DNA from: a virus
Taxonomy: Duplodnaviria > Heunggongvirae > Uroviricota > Caudoviricetes
Length of the DNA stretch: 64,000 nt
Reading direction: 5' to 3' (one strand)
IMG/VR virus record: IMGVR_UViG_3300045988_155182
The position numbers and the translations under genes were made by a program. Of the stretch, positions 27,701 to 36,729 are shown piece by piece. Under the pieces are notes generated by a model. That model was not told where the DNA came from. It did no database searches and was given only the letters and a program-made list of their open reading frames with translations. Within the stretch, counting starts at the first letter, position 1. Each line of letters opens with the position of its first letter.

Positions 27701-29361
27701 CAGCTAACGCCTCGCAGCGTGCGGCCAAGAAGGAACAGGCAGCGCAACAGAAACTGGCAGCCGGATACCAGAAGGCTCTGGACAAAGCCGATCAGCTTAT
27801 GGGGCAAATGGGTGAAAGCTCTAAGGCTACGGTATCGTTTGATCAGTCTCTTCGCGATACAACGAAATCGCTGACAGATTTGGCTAATGCGGTTCCTAAC
27901 GAGTTCATCACTCAAGAGATGATCGACAAGGCGAAAAAACGTCTTGAAGACCTCAAAAATGCGACACCTGAATATCGTGAGATGTTTAATCGCCGCAATG
28001 TTGAGCAGATGATCTCCACTTGGGCACCGGAGGCGGATTCCATTATTAGTGCTGGCTATACGCCGTCTCGCGAAGAGAAAGTTGCTGATTTCGAAGACAC
28101 CTACAACCGCAATCTCAAAGCGTTGATAGAACTTCGTGATAAGGCGTCTGATCCTAAAGTTGTGGCGCTTTATACAAAGAAAATCAATCAACTGATTGCT
28201 GCTGGCAATACCGCGCTTATTAAAGAGACGGGGACTGCGACGCAGAAGTTGGCACTGGAATACGAAAATCTGGCAGAGCAGATCGAAAGCACCTGGACTG
28301 ATTTGTTTAGTGGCTTAACTGATGTCCTGACTGATTTCGTTATTAACGGGAAGATGAGCTTCTCCAGCCTATCTCAGTCCATTTTGAAAGATATCACCAA
28401 TATGGTCGTGAAGTCGCAGATCACGCTGCCTCTAATGAACATGTTGGGGATGGGAACCACCGCAGCTGGTAGTTCACAGAGTGGTAATTTGCTCACCGGG
28501 GTTGCTTCCGCAGTTGCCAATCAAGGTGTGCGCATAAGCAACACTGTTAATGGCGACAAGTCGGTAGGAGAAGCCACGAAGGAGACGTCCAGTTCGGTAA
28601 CTGGATTGGGGCAAACGACACAGCAGACCACCAGCGCAATTGGCACAGCAACAAATGCGATTGGTAGCTGGGTATCAGGGCTATTTAATAGCACCGAAGC
28701 CAAAGATGCTGAGACAAAAGCAGTGAAGGACTCCATCTTCTCGATGCAGAACCTCAGCTCTGTTACCGGCGCTCTGTCTGCCGCGTTTGCAATGCTTGGA
28801 GCTAATGCTTCCGGCTCTGGTAATAAGTGGTTGAATTTCGGCGCGACAGTTGCATCTGGTTTGGTTTCAGTATGGGCTGGTGGTGGATTCGATGGATTGA
28901 TGTCCGGTTCTTCTGGCTCAACTTCCGGGTTCAACAATCTGACCAGTTCTGCTGCCGATGGCACGAATGGTATTCCTGCAATTCCGAAGTTTGCAAATGG
29001 TGGCATATTCGGAAAAGACGGCGTGATCCCGCTCCGGGCATACCAGAAAGGCGGTATCGCCAACTCACCTCAATTGGCGTTGTTTGGGGAAGGCGATATG
29101 AATGAGGCGTATGTTCCATTGCCTGATGGTCGAACAATCCCTGTAACGCTCAGTACCGATGGTATGAGTGGAGGAGGAAATGTTCTTTCTCCGGTATCAA
29201 TTGAGATCAACGTCCATAGTGACGGTAGCACAACTGAATCCGGCGATACAGAAAGCATATGGAACAATGCCGCTCAACGGATGAAAGCAATCGCGCTTGA
29301 GACTATCGCTCAAGAGAAACGCCCTGGCGGATCACTCAACCCAAACACTCAACGTAACTAA
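24790..29361 (+). CDS. Tail tape measure protein (about 1520 aa)
   Basis: Size, helical/Ala-rich composition, position; ORF track 24769..29361 begins at TTG, ATG at 24790 preferred. Confidence 0.85.
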   Translation: MSQNVEFILSLEDKQFTASIDRAGKLLTRFGEQVTKPAQKIQTFERSLGSVARIIGVLESKLDSTADKLQDVAAGFELASDATRKMRGNITSLNSGLKALIERVDTTTSSVDKLTASLRKVQSELNDFSDWATYASKSASRFGTEVKEASASVSGMNTRLNTTTKRLSNWGVTTSQAAEGLKKVREQMDEVIGRQQLISKPVRVRTSGSGDGGSGRRSGASGHSGKSNEGGMFSGLRGNIFLLGEIGDAARTVTDIMFGWQKPIVEAAAEMERMRVMLRGLNKEKSNPGQAAADDMKYIVDMAQNAPFAMQALTDSFVKFRSAGLDPTDGSLKALVDSVARFGGDSELLKRAAVAVQQMSGKGVVSMEELRQQLGEAVPNAMQAMADAAGITMGELTKAVASGTVEAKQALSLMFVGLRAENENAAKDMMQTYTGALAQLQTSFTLFADRVGQAGYLDSLSKGMKELASIMNSAEGISFANSLGSGLTTAIDGLRQLAQWLAKNQELVINLGKVVAAMVAFKLMRAGIMGVVGAGSQMVSTFATMATAIQTPFNLGATAVTRFNRAARMGLAPIPSLIFAIRGAITGLKGAFAGLTAFIAANPIGAAFTVATVAVAGLITYMTMLRSETSKVVDEIRKIPEAMTAAKRAQMADRAEKLEKQILADQRALKTGEGVNYVSNSAGVITHKESKADIEARLKKNQEEYQKITGTIALGDGAVAKRLAKEAAESQIEKIRAENQIFAATFVKARQEALDKIQKINDDGSLSDDEKNKLLAPLRETVNKSYLEPAQKLVDSLSSRKNATEKQIATLNDQLEKAKKDGNTEQIQKLQGSIRGYQEHLEAVAQELTQAEFERDNAAKTGKGVMSNQGTVLGLGTTDKAAQKALAQYMRNQMDSATYQRTLPDGTPMMDFEGKPIIGPKQLKTQLNLQKASSASSLEKMSDEERAAAIAALTKAREQDAAAAEKAAQRSANASQRAAKKEQAAQQKLAAGYQKALDKADQLMGQMGESSKATVSFDQSLRDTTKSLTDLANAVPNEFITQEMIDKAKKRLEDLKNATPEYREMFNRRNVEQMISTWAPEADSIISAGYTPSREEKVADFEDTYNRNLKALIELRDKASDPKVVALYTKKINQLIAAGNTALIKETGTATQKLALEYENLAEQIESTWTDLFSGLTDVLTDFVINGKMSFSSLSQSILKDITNMVVKSQITLPLMNMLGMGTTAAGSSQSGNLLTGVASAVANQGVRISNTVNGDKSVGEATKETSSSVTGLGQTTQQTTSAIGTATNAIGSWVSGLFNSTEAKDAETKAVKDSIFSMQNLSSVTGALSAAFAMLGANASGSGNKWLNFGATVASGLVSVWAGGGFDGLMSGSSGSTSGFNNLTSSAADGTNGIPAIPKFANGGIFGKDGVIPLRAYQKGGIANSPQLALFGEGDMNEAYVPLPDGRTIPVTLSTDGMSGGGNVLSPVSIEINVHSDGSTTESGDTESIWNNAAQRMKAIALETIAQEKRPGGSLNPNTQRN

Positions 29362-29403
29362 CTATCGACTGCCCCGACCGTGGCAGTCTCACAAGGATGT
29401 GAG

Positions 29404-29739
29404 ATGGAAAGACAAACGTTTAATTGGTATCCAGATTACGAATCTGAAAAAAGCGTAAAACCGAATGTAACGGTACTTAATTTTGGTGATGACTACGAGC
29501 AGCGACAGGCTCAAGGTCTTAATCGTATTAAAGAAGAATGGTCGTTAACCTTTACCAGATCATACAACGAAATTAATGCAATCGATGACTTCCTGACTGA
29601 GCGAGCAGGCGTTGAGTCGTTCTATTGGGTTAATCCAAGAGGAAAACGGATTGTAGTTGTATGTGACAGTCATACGGTCAAGCGATATCAGGGGTACTGT
29701 GTCTTAACTGCTACATTCAGACAAGTATTTGAGGCTTAA
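29404..29739 (+). CDS. Minor tail protein, lambda gpM-like
   Basis: ORF track 29380..29739; position after tape measure; size. Confidence 0.7.
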   Translation: MERQTFNWYPDYESEKSVKPNVTVLNFGDDYEQRQAQGLNRIKEEWSLTFTRSYNEINAIDDFLTERAGVESFYWVNPRGKRIVVVCDSHTVKRYQGYCVLTATFRQVFEA

Positions 29740-29744
29740 GTATC

Positions 29745-29770
29745 TGGATAAGTAAGTACTAATTTACTAT
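29745..29770. repeat. TAAGTA palindrome variant (ggataagtaagtactaatttactatc)
   Basis: Seen directly. Confidence 0.45.
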
Positions 29771-29821
29771 CATTGTGGCGCTGACAGGATGTTAGCGCCT
29801 ACTTATTTCAAGGATGAAACA

Positions 29822-30520
29822 ATGGGAATTAAAGCTGATATTCAGAGCTTATCTCCCTCTGCACTCATTGAGTTGTTCGTACTGGATATGTCGAACACAA
29901 CTTCAGGGGGGAAGTTATTCTTCCACGCCGGAACAAACGAACTGATGCAACCTGTCGTCTGGCAAGGAGTGACATACGAGCCGTGGCCAATCAAAGCATC
30001 AGGCTTTGACAAAACTGGCCAGGGAACGTTGCCACGTCCAAAAATTCAGGTATCGAACTTTGCCGGAACCGTCTCTGCGGAAGTTCAGGCGAACGACGAT
30101 CTTGTTGGCTGCCGCATTATTCGCAAGATGACGCTGGCTCGCTTCCTCGATGCCGTTAATTTTAAAGACGGCAACCCAACAGCAGATCCAAACCAACATT
30201 TCCCGGATGAAATGTGGTTTATCGAACAGAAAACTCTCGAAACTCATCAGGTTGTCGAGTTTGAATTGTCCAGTGTGTTCGATTTGATGGGGGTGCAACT
30301 GCCGTATCGTCAGATCATTAAAAACACCTGCCCGTGGAAATACCGAGGGCCAGAATGCGGCTATACCGGTCCATATTTCGACAAAAATAACCAGCAGACG
30401 TCTATGTCTGGTGCTGATTACTGCACAAAACGTTATGACGCCTGTAATGCGCGTCGGAATTATTTTGCCAACGGAGTGATCCATTTTGGCGGGTTTATTG
30501 GAGCTACGCGATATGGGTAA
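29822..30520 (+). CDS. Minor tail protein, lambda gpL-like
   Basis: TCPWKYRGPECGYTGP and RFLDAVNF match remembered lambda gpL segments. Confidence 0.8.
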   Translation: MGIKADIQSLSPSALIELFVLDMSNTTSGGKLFFHAGTNELMQPVVWQGVTYEPWPIKASGFDKTGQGTLPRPKIQVSNFAGTVSAEVQANDDLVGCRIIRKMTLARFLDAVNFKDGNPTADPNQHFPDEMWFIEQKTLETHQVVEFELSSVFDLMGVQLPYRQIIKNTCPWKYRGPECGYTGPYFDKNNQQTSMSGADYCTKRYDACNARRNYFANGVIHFGGFIGATRYG

Positions 30521-31310
30521 TAAAGCAATCCCTGAGCTTGGCTCTGATGTTATGCAGCAAATCTATCTCTGCGCCATAAATCGCTACCCTAATGAAGCGT
30601 GTGGCTTTCTGGTGAGAACTAATGGCGACAAATATCGCTTTATGGAAGCGCGAAATGTTTCGGAGAACCCGCAGAACACTTTTGTAATGCACGTTGACGA
30701 CATTATGGCGGCAGAGGATGCAGGTGACGTAATCGCAATCTGGCATTCACATACTGATGAATCAGCAGAAGCATCTGATGCCGATCGTGCAGGCTGTGAA
30801 GCGACGGAAGTTCCGTGGATGATTCTGGCTATTCGCAAGAATGTTGAGGGAGATGCCCCTTTCCATTTTAGCGAGATGAATGTGATCACACCTGATGGTT
30901 TCGAAATGCCATACCTGGGTAGACCGTATGTATTTGGCGTATTCGATTGCTGGATGTTGTGTCGGGACTATTTGAAGCGTGAGTTTAACGTCGAGCTTAA
31001 CCCGAACGCACACCTGCATATTCCATCGTGGTACACCGGCGATAACGACATTCTCGACCAGAACTACCGAAACGAGGGATTGGTACGGCTTGCACCTGGA
31101 ACAGAGCCTCAACGTGGGGACGTCTTCTTTATTCAATACGGGAAAATGCCAGATCACTGCGCGGTTTATATCGGCGATGGAATGATTCTTCATCACCAGA
31201 TCGACCGTCTTAGTTGTCGTGCTTATTACGGCGGAATGTATCAGAAACATACGACGCATCACTTGCGTCACAGAGACTTGCTCAAGGGAGATGAGACGTG
31301 TCTGAGTTAG
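30513..31310 (+). CDS. Tail tip assembly protein, lambda gpK-like (MPN/JAB + NlpC/P60)
   Basis: HSH..E JAB-like motif and NlpC/P60-like FDCWMLCRDY; ATG overlaps the L stop. Confidence 0.75.
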   Translation: MGNKAIPELGSDVMQQIYLCAINRYPNEACGFLVRTNGDKYRFMEARNVSENPQNTFVMHVDDIMAAEDAGDVIAIWHSHTDESAEASDADRAGCEATEVPWMILAIRKNVEGDAPFHFSEMNVITPDGFEMPYLGRPYVFGVFDCWMLCRDYLKREFNVELNPNAHLHIPSWYTGDNDILDQNYRNEGLVRLAPGTEPQRGDVFFIQYGKMPDHCAVYIGDGMILHHQIDRLSCRAYYGGMYQKHTTHHLRHRDLLKGDETCLS

Positions 31311-31891
31311 TTCATGTGCAGCTTGGCGGCCCTATGGCCAAACATTTTGGCCGCCACTGGCATCTAAAGGTGCGCAATACAAAACAGGCTCTGGATTTAA
31401 TTGAGGCCAACAAGCCTGGGTTTAAAGCATGGATGAAGCGCAATATCAAAACCTATGACCGTTACCACATCCAGATCACCAATAAACAGGGCCACAAGTG
31501 GTCTGTTGACGAAAGTGAATATCAGATGATGGGGCAGTCTGACAACATTGCCAAAATCCGCATTACACCTGTTCCGCGAGGAAGCGGTGGATCTGCTTTT
31601 GGGTGGTTTCAGACGGTAGTAGGGGCCGCTTTGTTGGTTGTATCGGCGGTAGTGATGCCTGCTTTAGCACCTCTCGGTTTGTCACTGATGATGGGCGGCA
31701 TATCACAAATCATATCGCCGCAAGCCACTAACGAAAGTGTGAGACAGGCAGATAACTCGAACTCTTATTATTTCGACGGCCCTCAAAATACAGAAAACCA
31801 GGGCAACCCAGTACAACTTATCTATGGCGAGGAAATTCTGGTTGGCTCACAGGTTGTGAGTTCTTCAATCACGATTGACCAGCTAATGTAA
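31298..31891 (+). CDS. Tail assembly protein, lambda gpI-like
   Basis: Position between K-like and J-like genes; size. Confidence 0.65.
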   Translation: MSELVHVQLGGPMAKHFGRHWHLKVRNTKQALDLIEANKPGFKAWMKRNIKTYDRYHIQITNKQGHKWSVDESEYQMMGQSDNIAKIRITPVPRGSGGSAFGWFQTVVGAALLVVSAVVMPALAPLGLSLMMGGISQIISPQATNESVRQADNSNSYYFDGPQNTENQGNPVQLIYGEEILVGSQVVSSSITIDQLM

Positions 31892-31902
31892 ACAAGGATT
31901 TT

Positions 31903-34900
31903 TTGAACATGGAACAGTTCAAGAAGAAAAAGCTACCGCTGTTTATTGCCGGTGCGGGTGGTAAAAAAAGCAGCAAAAGCTCCAGCCGTACACCTGTTGA
32001 AGCCGACGATACCGTAAATTCTCGTGCAATGGCCGCTATCCTCGATCTTCTTGGGGAAGGGGTAATTGGCGGCTTAGTAAATGGCGCAAGATCTATTTTT
32101 ATCGACGATCTGCCGATTGTAAATGAAGACGGTTCCTCCAACTTCAGCGGAATCACATGGGATTTTCGCGACGGTTCACAAGACCAGACTCCAATGTCTG
32201 GCTTTGATTTCGTTGAAACGCCTAAATCCGTCAATATCCAGTTAAAAAAAACACATTATGTAACGGTTTCAATCGATAACGATGAAGCTGATCGGGTTCG
32301 TGTCATCATGAAGTTTCCTTCTTTGCGAAGCATAGATAAAAAAACTGGTGACACGAACGGTACGACTGTTGAGTACAAGTTCCAGATAGCAAATGGCGAC
32401 TCAACATTTGTAGATGTGGTCGCTGAAGGTGAAAAAAGCGTTGGCATTAAGCTAACAGCAAAGAAGACCGGCGTTTATTACCGTAGCTATGAGCTGAAGC
32501 TGCCTAAGCCTGGACGAGCATACAAGGTTCGTGTGGTCCGTATTACCGATGATAACAGTAGCCAGTATCTCTATAACGATACATGGGTGGATTCAATCGG
32601 GGAAATTGTCGATACACCGATGAACTATCCAAACTCTGTTTTGGTTGGATTGAAGGTAAACTCTGAGCAATTCGGCAGCACCATGCCATCTCGCTCTTAT
32701 CTGGTGCGTGGCCTAAAAATTCGAGTACCTTCAAACTATAACGAGTCCAGTAACACTTACGCTGGGGTATGGGATGGCACTTTTAAGCTGTTGTCTTCTT
32801 CGAACCCCGCGTGGATTCTCTTTGATTTGCTGACCAATGCTCGATATGGCCTTGGTCAGTATGTGTCGGAATCTATGATTGACCTTGGCCAGTTGTACCA
32901 GATTGGTCGATATTGTGACGAAGAGGTCGATGATGGCTTTGGTGGCAAAGAGAAACGCTTTGCAATCAATACGCAGATCACCAGTCGACAGGACGCATAC
33001 CGGCTAATTCAGGATATTGCCGGAGCATTCCGCGGCATGGTGTTTTGGGCTGGTGGGATGGTTAACATCATGCAGGATAGCCCATCAGATCCGGTAATGA
33101 TGTTTACCAACTCTAACGTCAAAGATGGATTGTTTACCTATAAAGGTTCTGCGCGTAAAGATCGCCCATCCGTTGCGCTCGTAACCTACAACAACAAGGA
33201 GGACGGTTATAAGCAAAACATCGAGTACGTCGAAGATCAGGACGCAATGCGCCGTTATGGTGAGCGTAAAACAGAAGTCGTAGCATTTGGCTGTACAAGC
33301 CGAGGGCAGGCTCACCGAGTTGGTTTGTGGCTTTTATATACCGCCAGAATGGAGTCGGATGTAATTACATTTACTGCCGGCTTAGACGCGTCATTTCTGA
33401 TGCCTGGTGAAACCGTTCTGATTCAGAACAAATATCGCGCAGGCAAACGTAACTCAGGTCGAATTGTGGCGTTTACCAAAAACAGCGTCACACTCGATGC
33501 GCCTGTGTCGTTAGCCAAAGGCGGCTGCTTTATTCGAATACTGAATCAGGAAGGCAAAATCGTTGAACGCGATGTTCTTGAAACTGGCGAAAATATAACA
33601 AAAGTTACGTTTTCAAAAGCCCTGTCTTCGGCTGAAACGCCTGTTTTGAACGGCGTCTGGACTATTACAGAACCAGACCTCGAACCTATGCGCGTTCGCA
33701 TCGTTAACATCGCGCAGGGGGAAACGCCGGGTAGCTTTGACATCACCGCTGTTGAGAACAATCCGTCTAAATATGAGGCAATCGACAATGGTGCAACGCT
33801 GATCCCGCAGAATACGACGGTATTGGACCCAACTTACTCCAAGCCATCTAATCTGCAAATCACTGAAGGGACTTATCTCTCAAGCCCGGGCAACCTGTCA
33901 GTAAAACTGACTGCAACATGGGAAGGGAAATCTCCAGAGTATTGGATCAGTTGGCGACGTTCTGATGAAAACAATGTATCGAACTGGCAATCGGCGCGTG
34001 TAACCGAAGAGCAATACGAAATCGTTAATGTCGCGGAGAATGGACGCTACGACTTCCAGCTGTATGCGGTTTCATTCAACGGTAAAAAAACAGAGATTAT
34101 CAGTACCGTTTATCAGGTGTTGGGCACAATGACACCGCCGGATGCCCCAACGTCATTAACGGCCGTTGGAGACTATCGTAATGTGATACTGAATTGGGTT
34201 AATCCAGATTCGGTAGACCTTGATCACATTAATGTTTACGCATCCCAGACCAACAATCTGGATACGGCGAAACTGATCGCAGAGTCTGCAAGCACCACCT
34301 TTACACATGCTGGTCTTGGGGATAGCGAAACGTGGTATTACTGGGTTCGAGCATCGAACAAGCGAGGTATGTTAAGTCCTCCGAACTCAAACTTGGGTAC
34401 AGAGGCGACAACTCGCGATGTACTGTCGTTCCTGACTGGCAAAATTACATCTTCCGAGCTTGGTCAGGCTCTGCTTGAGGACATCAACAGCAAAGCCTCT
34501 CAAGAAGCAGTTGACGAGTTAAATGAGCATATCAACCAGAGCGTCGAATCTTTGGAGGGGGCGGTAAACGACGTTAAGGAAGATATAGCTGAATTAGATA
34601 AGCAGTTCAGCGATAACCTCGCGGATTTTGAAATAAAATTCAACGAGCGTAGCGATGCTTTGGAGAACGCACAAACCGAGCTTAAAGGTGAGGTTTCGGC
34701 AACGATCGACAAGGTCAATGAAGCGTTTGAAAAAATTGATGCTACTGATGCTGCAATTGTTGAAATCGAAAACACCGTATCTGAACACGATAAAGCTCTC
34801 GCTAATACAGTCGAGGCAATAAAGGCTGCAAGAGATGAAGCGGCGGCTCTTATTGCTAAGGAAAGCGAGGCTCGTGTTGAAGGCGATGCTGCAAACGCTA

Positions 34901-36636
34901 AACAACTGGAAGTGTTGCAGTCAACGGTAGAGGAAAGCTCCGCTGCCGTTGAAGAAATGAAAAAGACGGTTGCAGAGGTCGATCGTGCCAGTGCAGAACT
35001 GACTACGAACATTGAGGCGTTAGCCAAAACAAATATTGACCTGGCTCTTCGTCAAGATGAAGACCAGCACAAGCAGATGGTCAATAACGCGAAGATCGCA
35101 ACAACACAGAAAACCTTTGCTGATGATATGTCTGCAATGGCCACGAAGGTTGAGGAAATTCGCGTAGAAATTGGCGAAGACATTAAGGCCAGTATTCTGG
35201 AAGAGTCCACCGCTCGTGCCGATGGCGATGAAGCGTTGGCAAAGCGTGTCACTCAGCTGCAATCTAAGTTTGAAGGAGATATCAGCGCGGCGATTAGTAC
35301 AGAGCAGGAGGCTCGTACATCTGCCGATGAAGCTCTGACGACACAGATCACTCAGCTTGAGTCGAAAGTAAGCAACGATATCGTCGCAGCCATTAAGGAA
35401 GAGCAAGAAGCCCGAGCAACGGAAGATTCGGCTCTGGCAAGCCAGATCACCCAACTTCAGGCAAAGGTTGATGATGATATTTCTGCTGCAATACGTAGTG
35501 AGCAGGAGGCCCGAGCAAGCGGGGACTCTGCGTTAGCCAAACAAATAAACCAGCTTCAGTCAAAGGTTGACGGTGATATATCCGCTGCCATCACTCAGGA
35601 GCAGGAGGCCAGAGCAAGTGCTGACCAGGCGCTCTCACGAGAAATTAACAGCCTGCGAGCACAAACCGGAACTGATATTGCCGCAGCGGTTGCTGTAGAG
35701 ACAAAAGCAAGGACTGATGCCGATAGTGCATTGTCTACCCAGATTACGTCTCTTACAGCAAAAGCTAATGATCTCGAGGCGTCTCTTGCCAGAGAAACAA
35801 CGGCTCGTGCAGATGGTGATACCGCTTTAACAAAAGAGGTTTCAAATTTAAAAGCACAGACAGCGAAAGATATTAGTGCGGCCGTTGCAGTTGAAACGCA
35901 GGCTCGAACTGATGCTGACTCGGCGTTGTCGTCTCAGATCACCAAGCTGACCTCTCAATACAAAGAGGATATTAAAGCGGCTGTAGCAACCGAAACGAAA
36001 ACGCGTACAGAGCAAGATGCTGCATTGGCGACTCAAATCACAAACTTAGAGTCTCAAACGGCAGCCAACATTTCCGCGGCGGTAACAACTGAAACGACAG
36101 CGAGAACGCAGGCAGATAATGCTCTGAGTGGGCGAATCGATACTCTGAAAGCAGAGGTGGATGGAAATACCGCGACAATTCAACAGCAGGCAACAGCTAT
36201 TGCTGATACCAACAAAAAAGTATCAACCGCGTGGACGTTGAAAATGGAGACTTCAACGAGCGGAGGGCAGAAGTATGTTGCCGGTATTGCGCTTGGTATT
36301 GACACCACTGGGCTATCTCAGTTTTTGGTTCAGGCGGACAGGTTTGGTTTGGTCAACTCTGTTAACGGGAAGATCACAACGCCATTTGTTATCGAAAACA
36401 GTATCGCCTATATGAATGGAGCGTATATCAAGGATGGCACAATCACCAATGCAAAAGTAGGCGATCTGCAATCTACCAATTTTGTTAGCGGTAGATCTGG
36501 ATGGCGGTTCGGCAAAAATGGAACGCTTGAGATCAACGGTAATAGCGGCGGCAATGGGCGATTGGTTATAAATGGTCAGCGGATTGACGTTTATGACGAT
36601 AACAACGTCCTACGAGTAAGAATTGGCCGTCTGTGA
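31903..36636 (+). CDS. Central tail tip protein, lambda gpJ-like, with expanded coiled-coil repeat region
   Basis: N-terminal two-thirds match remembered lambda J segments (NSEQFGS, VPSNYN, IWDGTFK, FGCTSRGQAHR.GLWL, KYVAGI..G); at least nine tandem 33-aa repeats. Confidence 0.85.
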   Translation: MNMEQFKKKKLPLFIAGAGGKKSSKSSSRTPVEADDTVNSRAMAAILDLLGEGVIGGLVNGARSIFIDDLPIVNEDGSSNFSGITWDFRDGSQDQTPMSGFDFVETPKSVNIQLKKTHYVTVSIDNDEADRVRVIMKFPSLRSIDKKTGDTNGTTVEYKFQIANGDSTFVDVVAEGEKSVGIKLTAKKTGVYYRSYELKLPKPGRAYKVRVVRITDDNSSQYLYNDTWVDSIGEIVDTPMNYPNSVLVGLKVNSEQFGSTMPSRSYLVRGLKIRVPSNYNESSNTYAGVWDGTFKLLSSSNPAWILFDLLTNARYGLGQYVSESMIDLGQLYQIGRYCDEEVDDGFGGKEKRFAINTQITSRQDAYRLIQDIAGAFRGMVFWAGGMVNIMQDSPSDPVMMFTNSNVKDGLFTYKGSARKDRPSVALVTYNNKEDGYKQNIEYVEDQDAMRRYGERKTEVVAFGCTSRGQAHRVGLWLLYTARMESDVITFTAGLDASFLMPGETVLIQNKYRAGKRNSGRIVAFTKNSVTLDAPVSLAKGGCFIRILNQEGKIVERDVLETGENITKVTFSKALSSAETPVLNGVWTITEPDLEPMRVRIVNIAQGETPGSFDITAVENNPSKYEAIDNGATLIPQNTTVLDPTYSKPSNLQITEGTYLSSPGNLSVKLTATWEGKSPEYWISWRRSDENNVSNWQSARVTEEQYEIVNVAENGRYDFQLYAVSFNGKKTEIISTVYQVLGTMTPPDAPTSLTAVGDYRNVILNWVNPDSVDLDHINVYASQTNNLDTAKLIAESASTTFTHAGLGDSETWYYWVRASNKRGMLSPPNSNLGTEATTRDVLSFLTGKITSSELGQALLEDINSKASQEAVDELNEHINQSVESLEGAVNDVKEDIAELDKQFSDNLADFEIKFNERSDALENAQTELKGEVSATIDKVNEAFEKIDATDAAIVEIENTVSEHDKALANTVEAIKAARDEAAALIAKESEARVEGDAANAKQLEVLQSTVEESSAAVEEMKKTVAEVDRASAELTTNIEALAKTNIDLALRQDEDQHKQMVNNAKIATTQKTFADDMSAMATKVEEIRVEIGEDIKASILEESTARADGDEALAKRVTQLQSKFEGDISAAISTEQEARTSADEALTTQITQLESKVSNDIVAAIKEEQEARATEDSALASQITQLQAKVDDDISAAIRSEQEARASGDSALAKQINQLQSKVDGDISAAITQEQEARASADQALSREINSLRAQTGTDIAAAVAVETKARTDADSALSTQITSLTAKANDLEASLARETTARADGDTALTKEVSNLKAQTAKDISAAVAVETQARTDADSALSSQITKLTSQYKEDIKAAVATETKTRTEQDAALATQITNLESQTAANISAAVTTETTARTQADNALSGRIDTLKAEVDGNTATIQQQATAIADTNKKVSTAWTLKMETSTSGGQKYVAGIALGIDTTGLSQFLVQADRFGLVNSVNGKITTPFVIENSIAYMNGAYIKDGTITNAKVGDLQSTNFVSGRSGWRFGKNGTLEINGNSGGNGRLVINGQRIDVYDDNNVLRVRIGRL
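35170..36150 (+). repeat. Tandem 99 bp (33-aa) coiled-coil repeats inside the J-like gene
   Basis: Repeated DISAAI..EQEARASADSAL..QITQLQSKVDG units in the translation. Confidence 0.7.
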
Positions 36637-36669
36637 TGGTGGAAAAAAAATTTTATATCGGTAAAAATA

Positions 36670-36686
36670 GGTAAGTATTTACTTAA
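36670..36686. repeat. GGTAAGTA-TT-TACTTAA palindrome
   Basis: Seen directly. Confidence 0.5.
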
Positions 36687-36729
36687 TGGCGGGCAAGGAT
36701 AACCCGCCAAATCAAGGAGCATATTCAAC

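Noticed and set aside
24903-29267. Many antisense and alternative-frame ORFs inside the tape measure gene (for example 25162..25701 -, 26283..26729 -, 27700..28191 -, 28521..29063 -)
   Set aside because: Embedded in a long, coherent plus-strand gene; typical spurious frames in GC/Ala-rich sequence.
31869-32234. Minus-strand ORF 31869..32234 overlapping the I/J junction
   Set aside because: Antisense to the start of the J-like gene with no RBS; spurious.
34500-35454. Antisense ORFs within the J-like gene repeat region (34500..35027 -, 35020..35454 -)
   Set aside because: Same reasoning: tandem coiled-coil repeats create open antisense frames.
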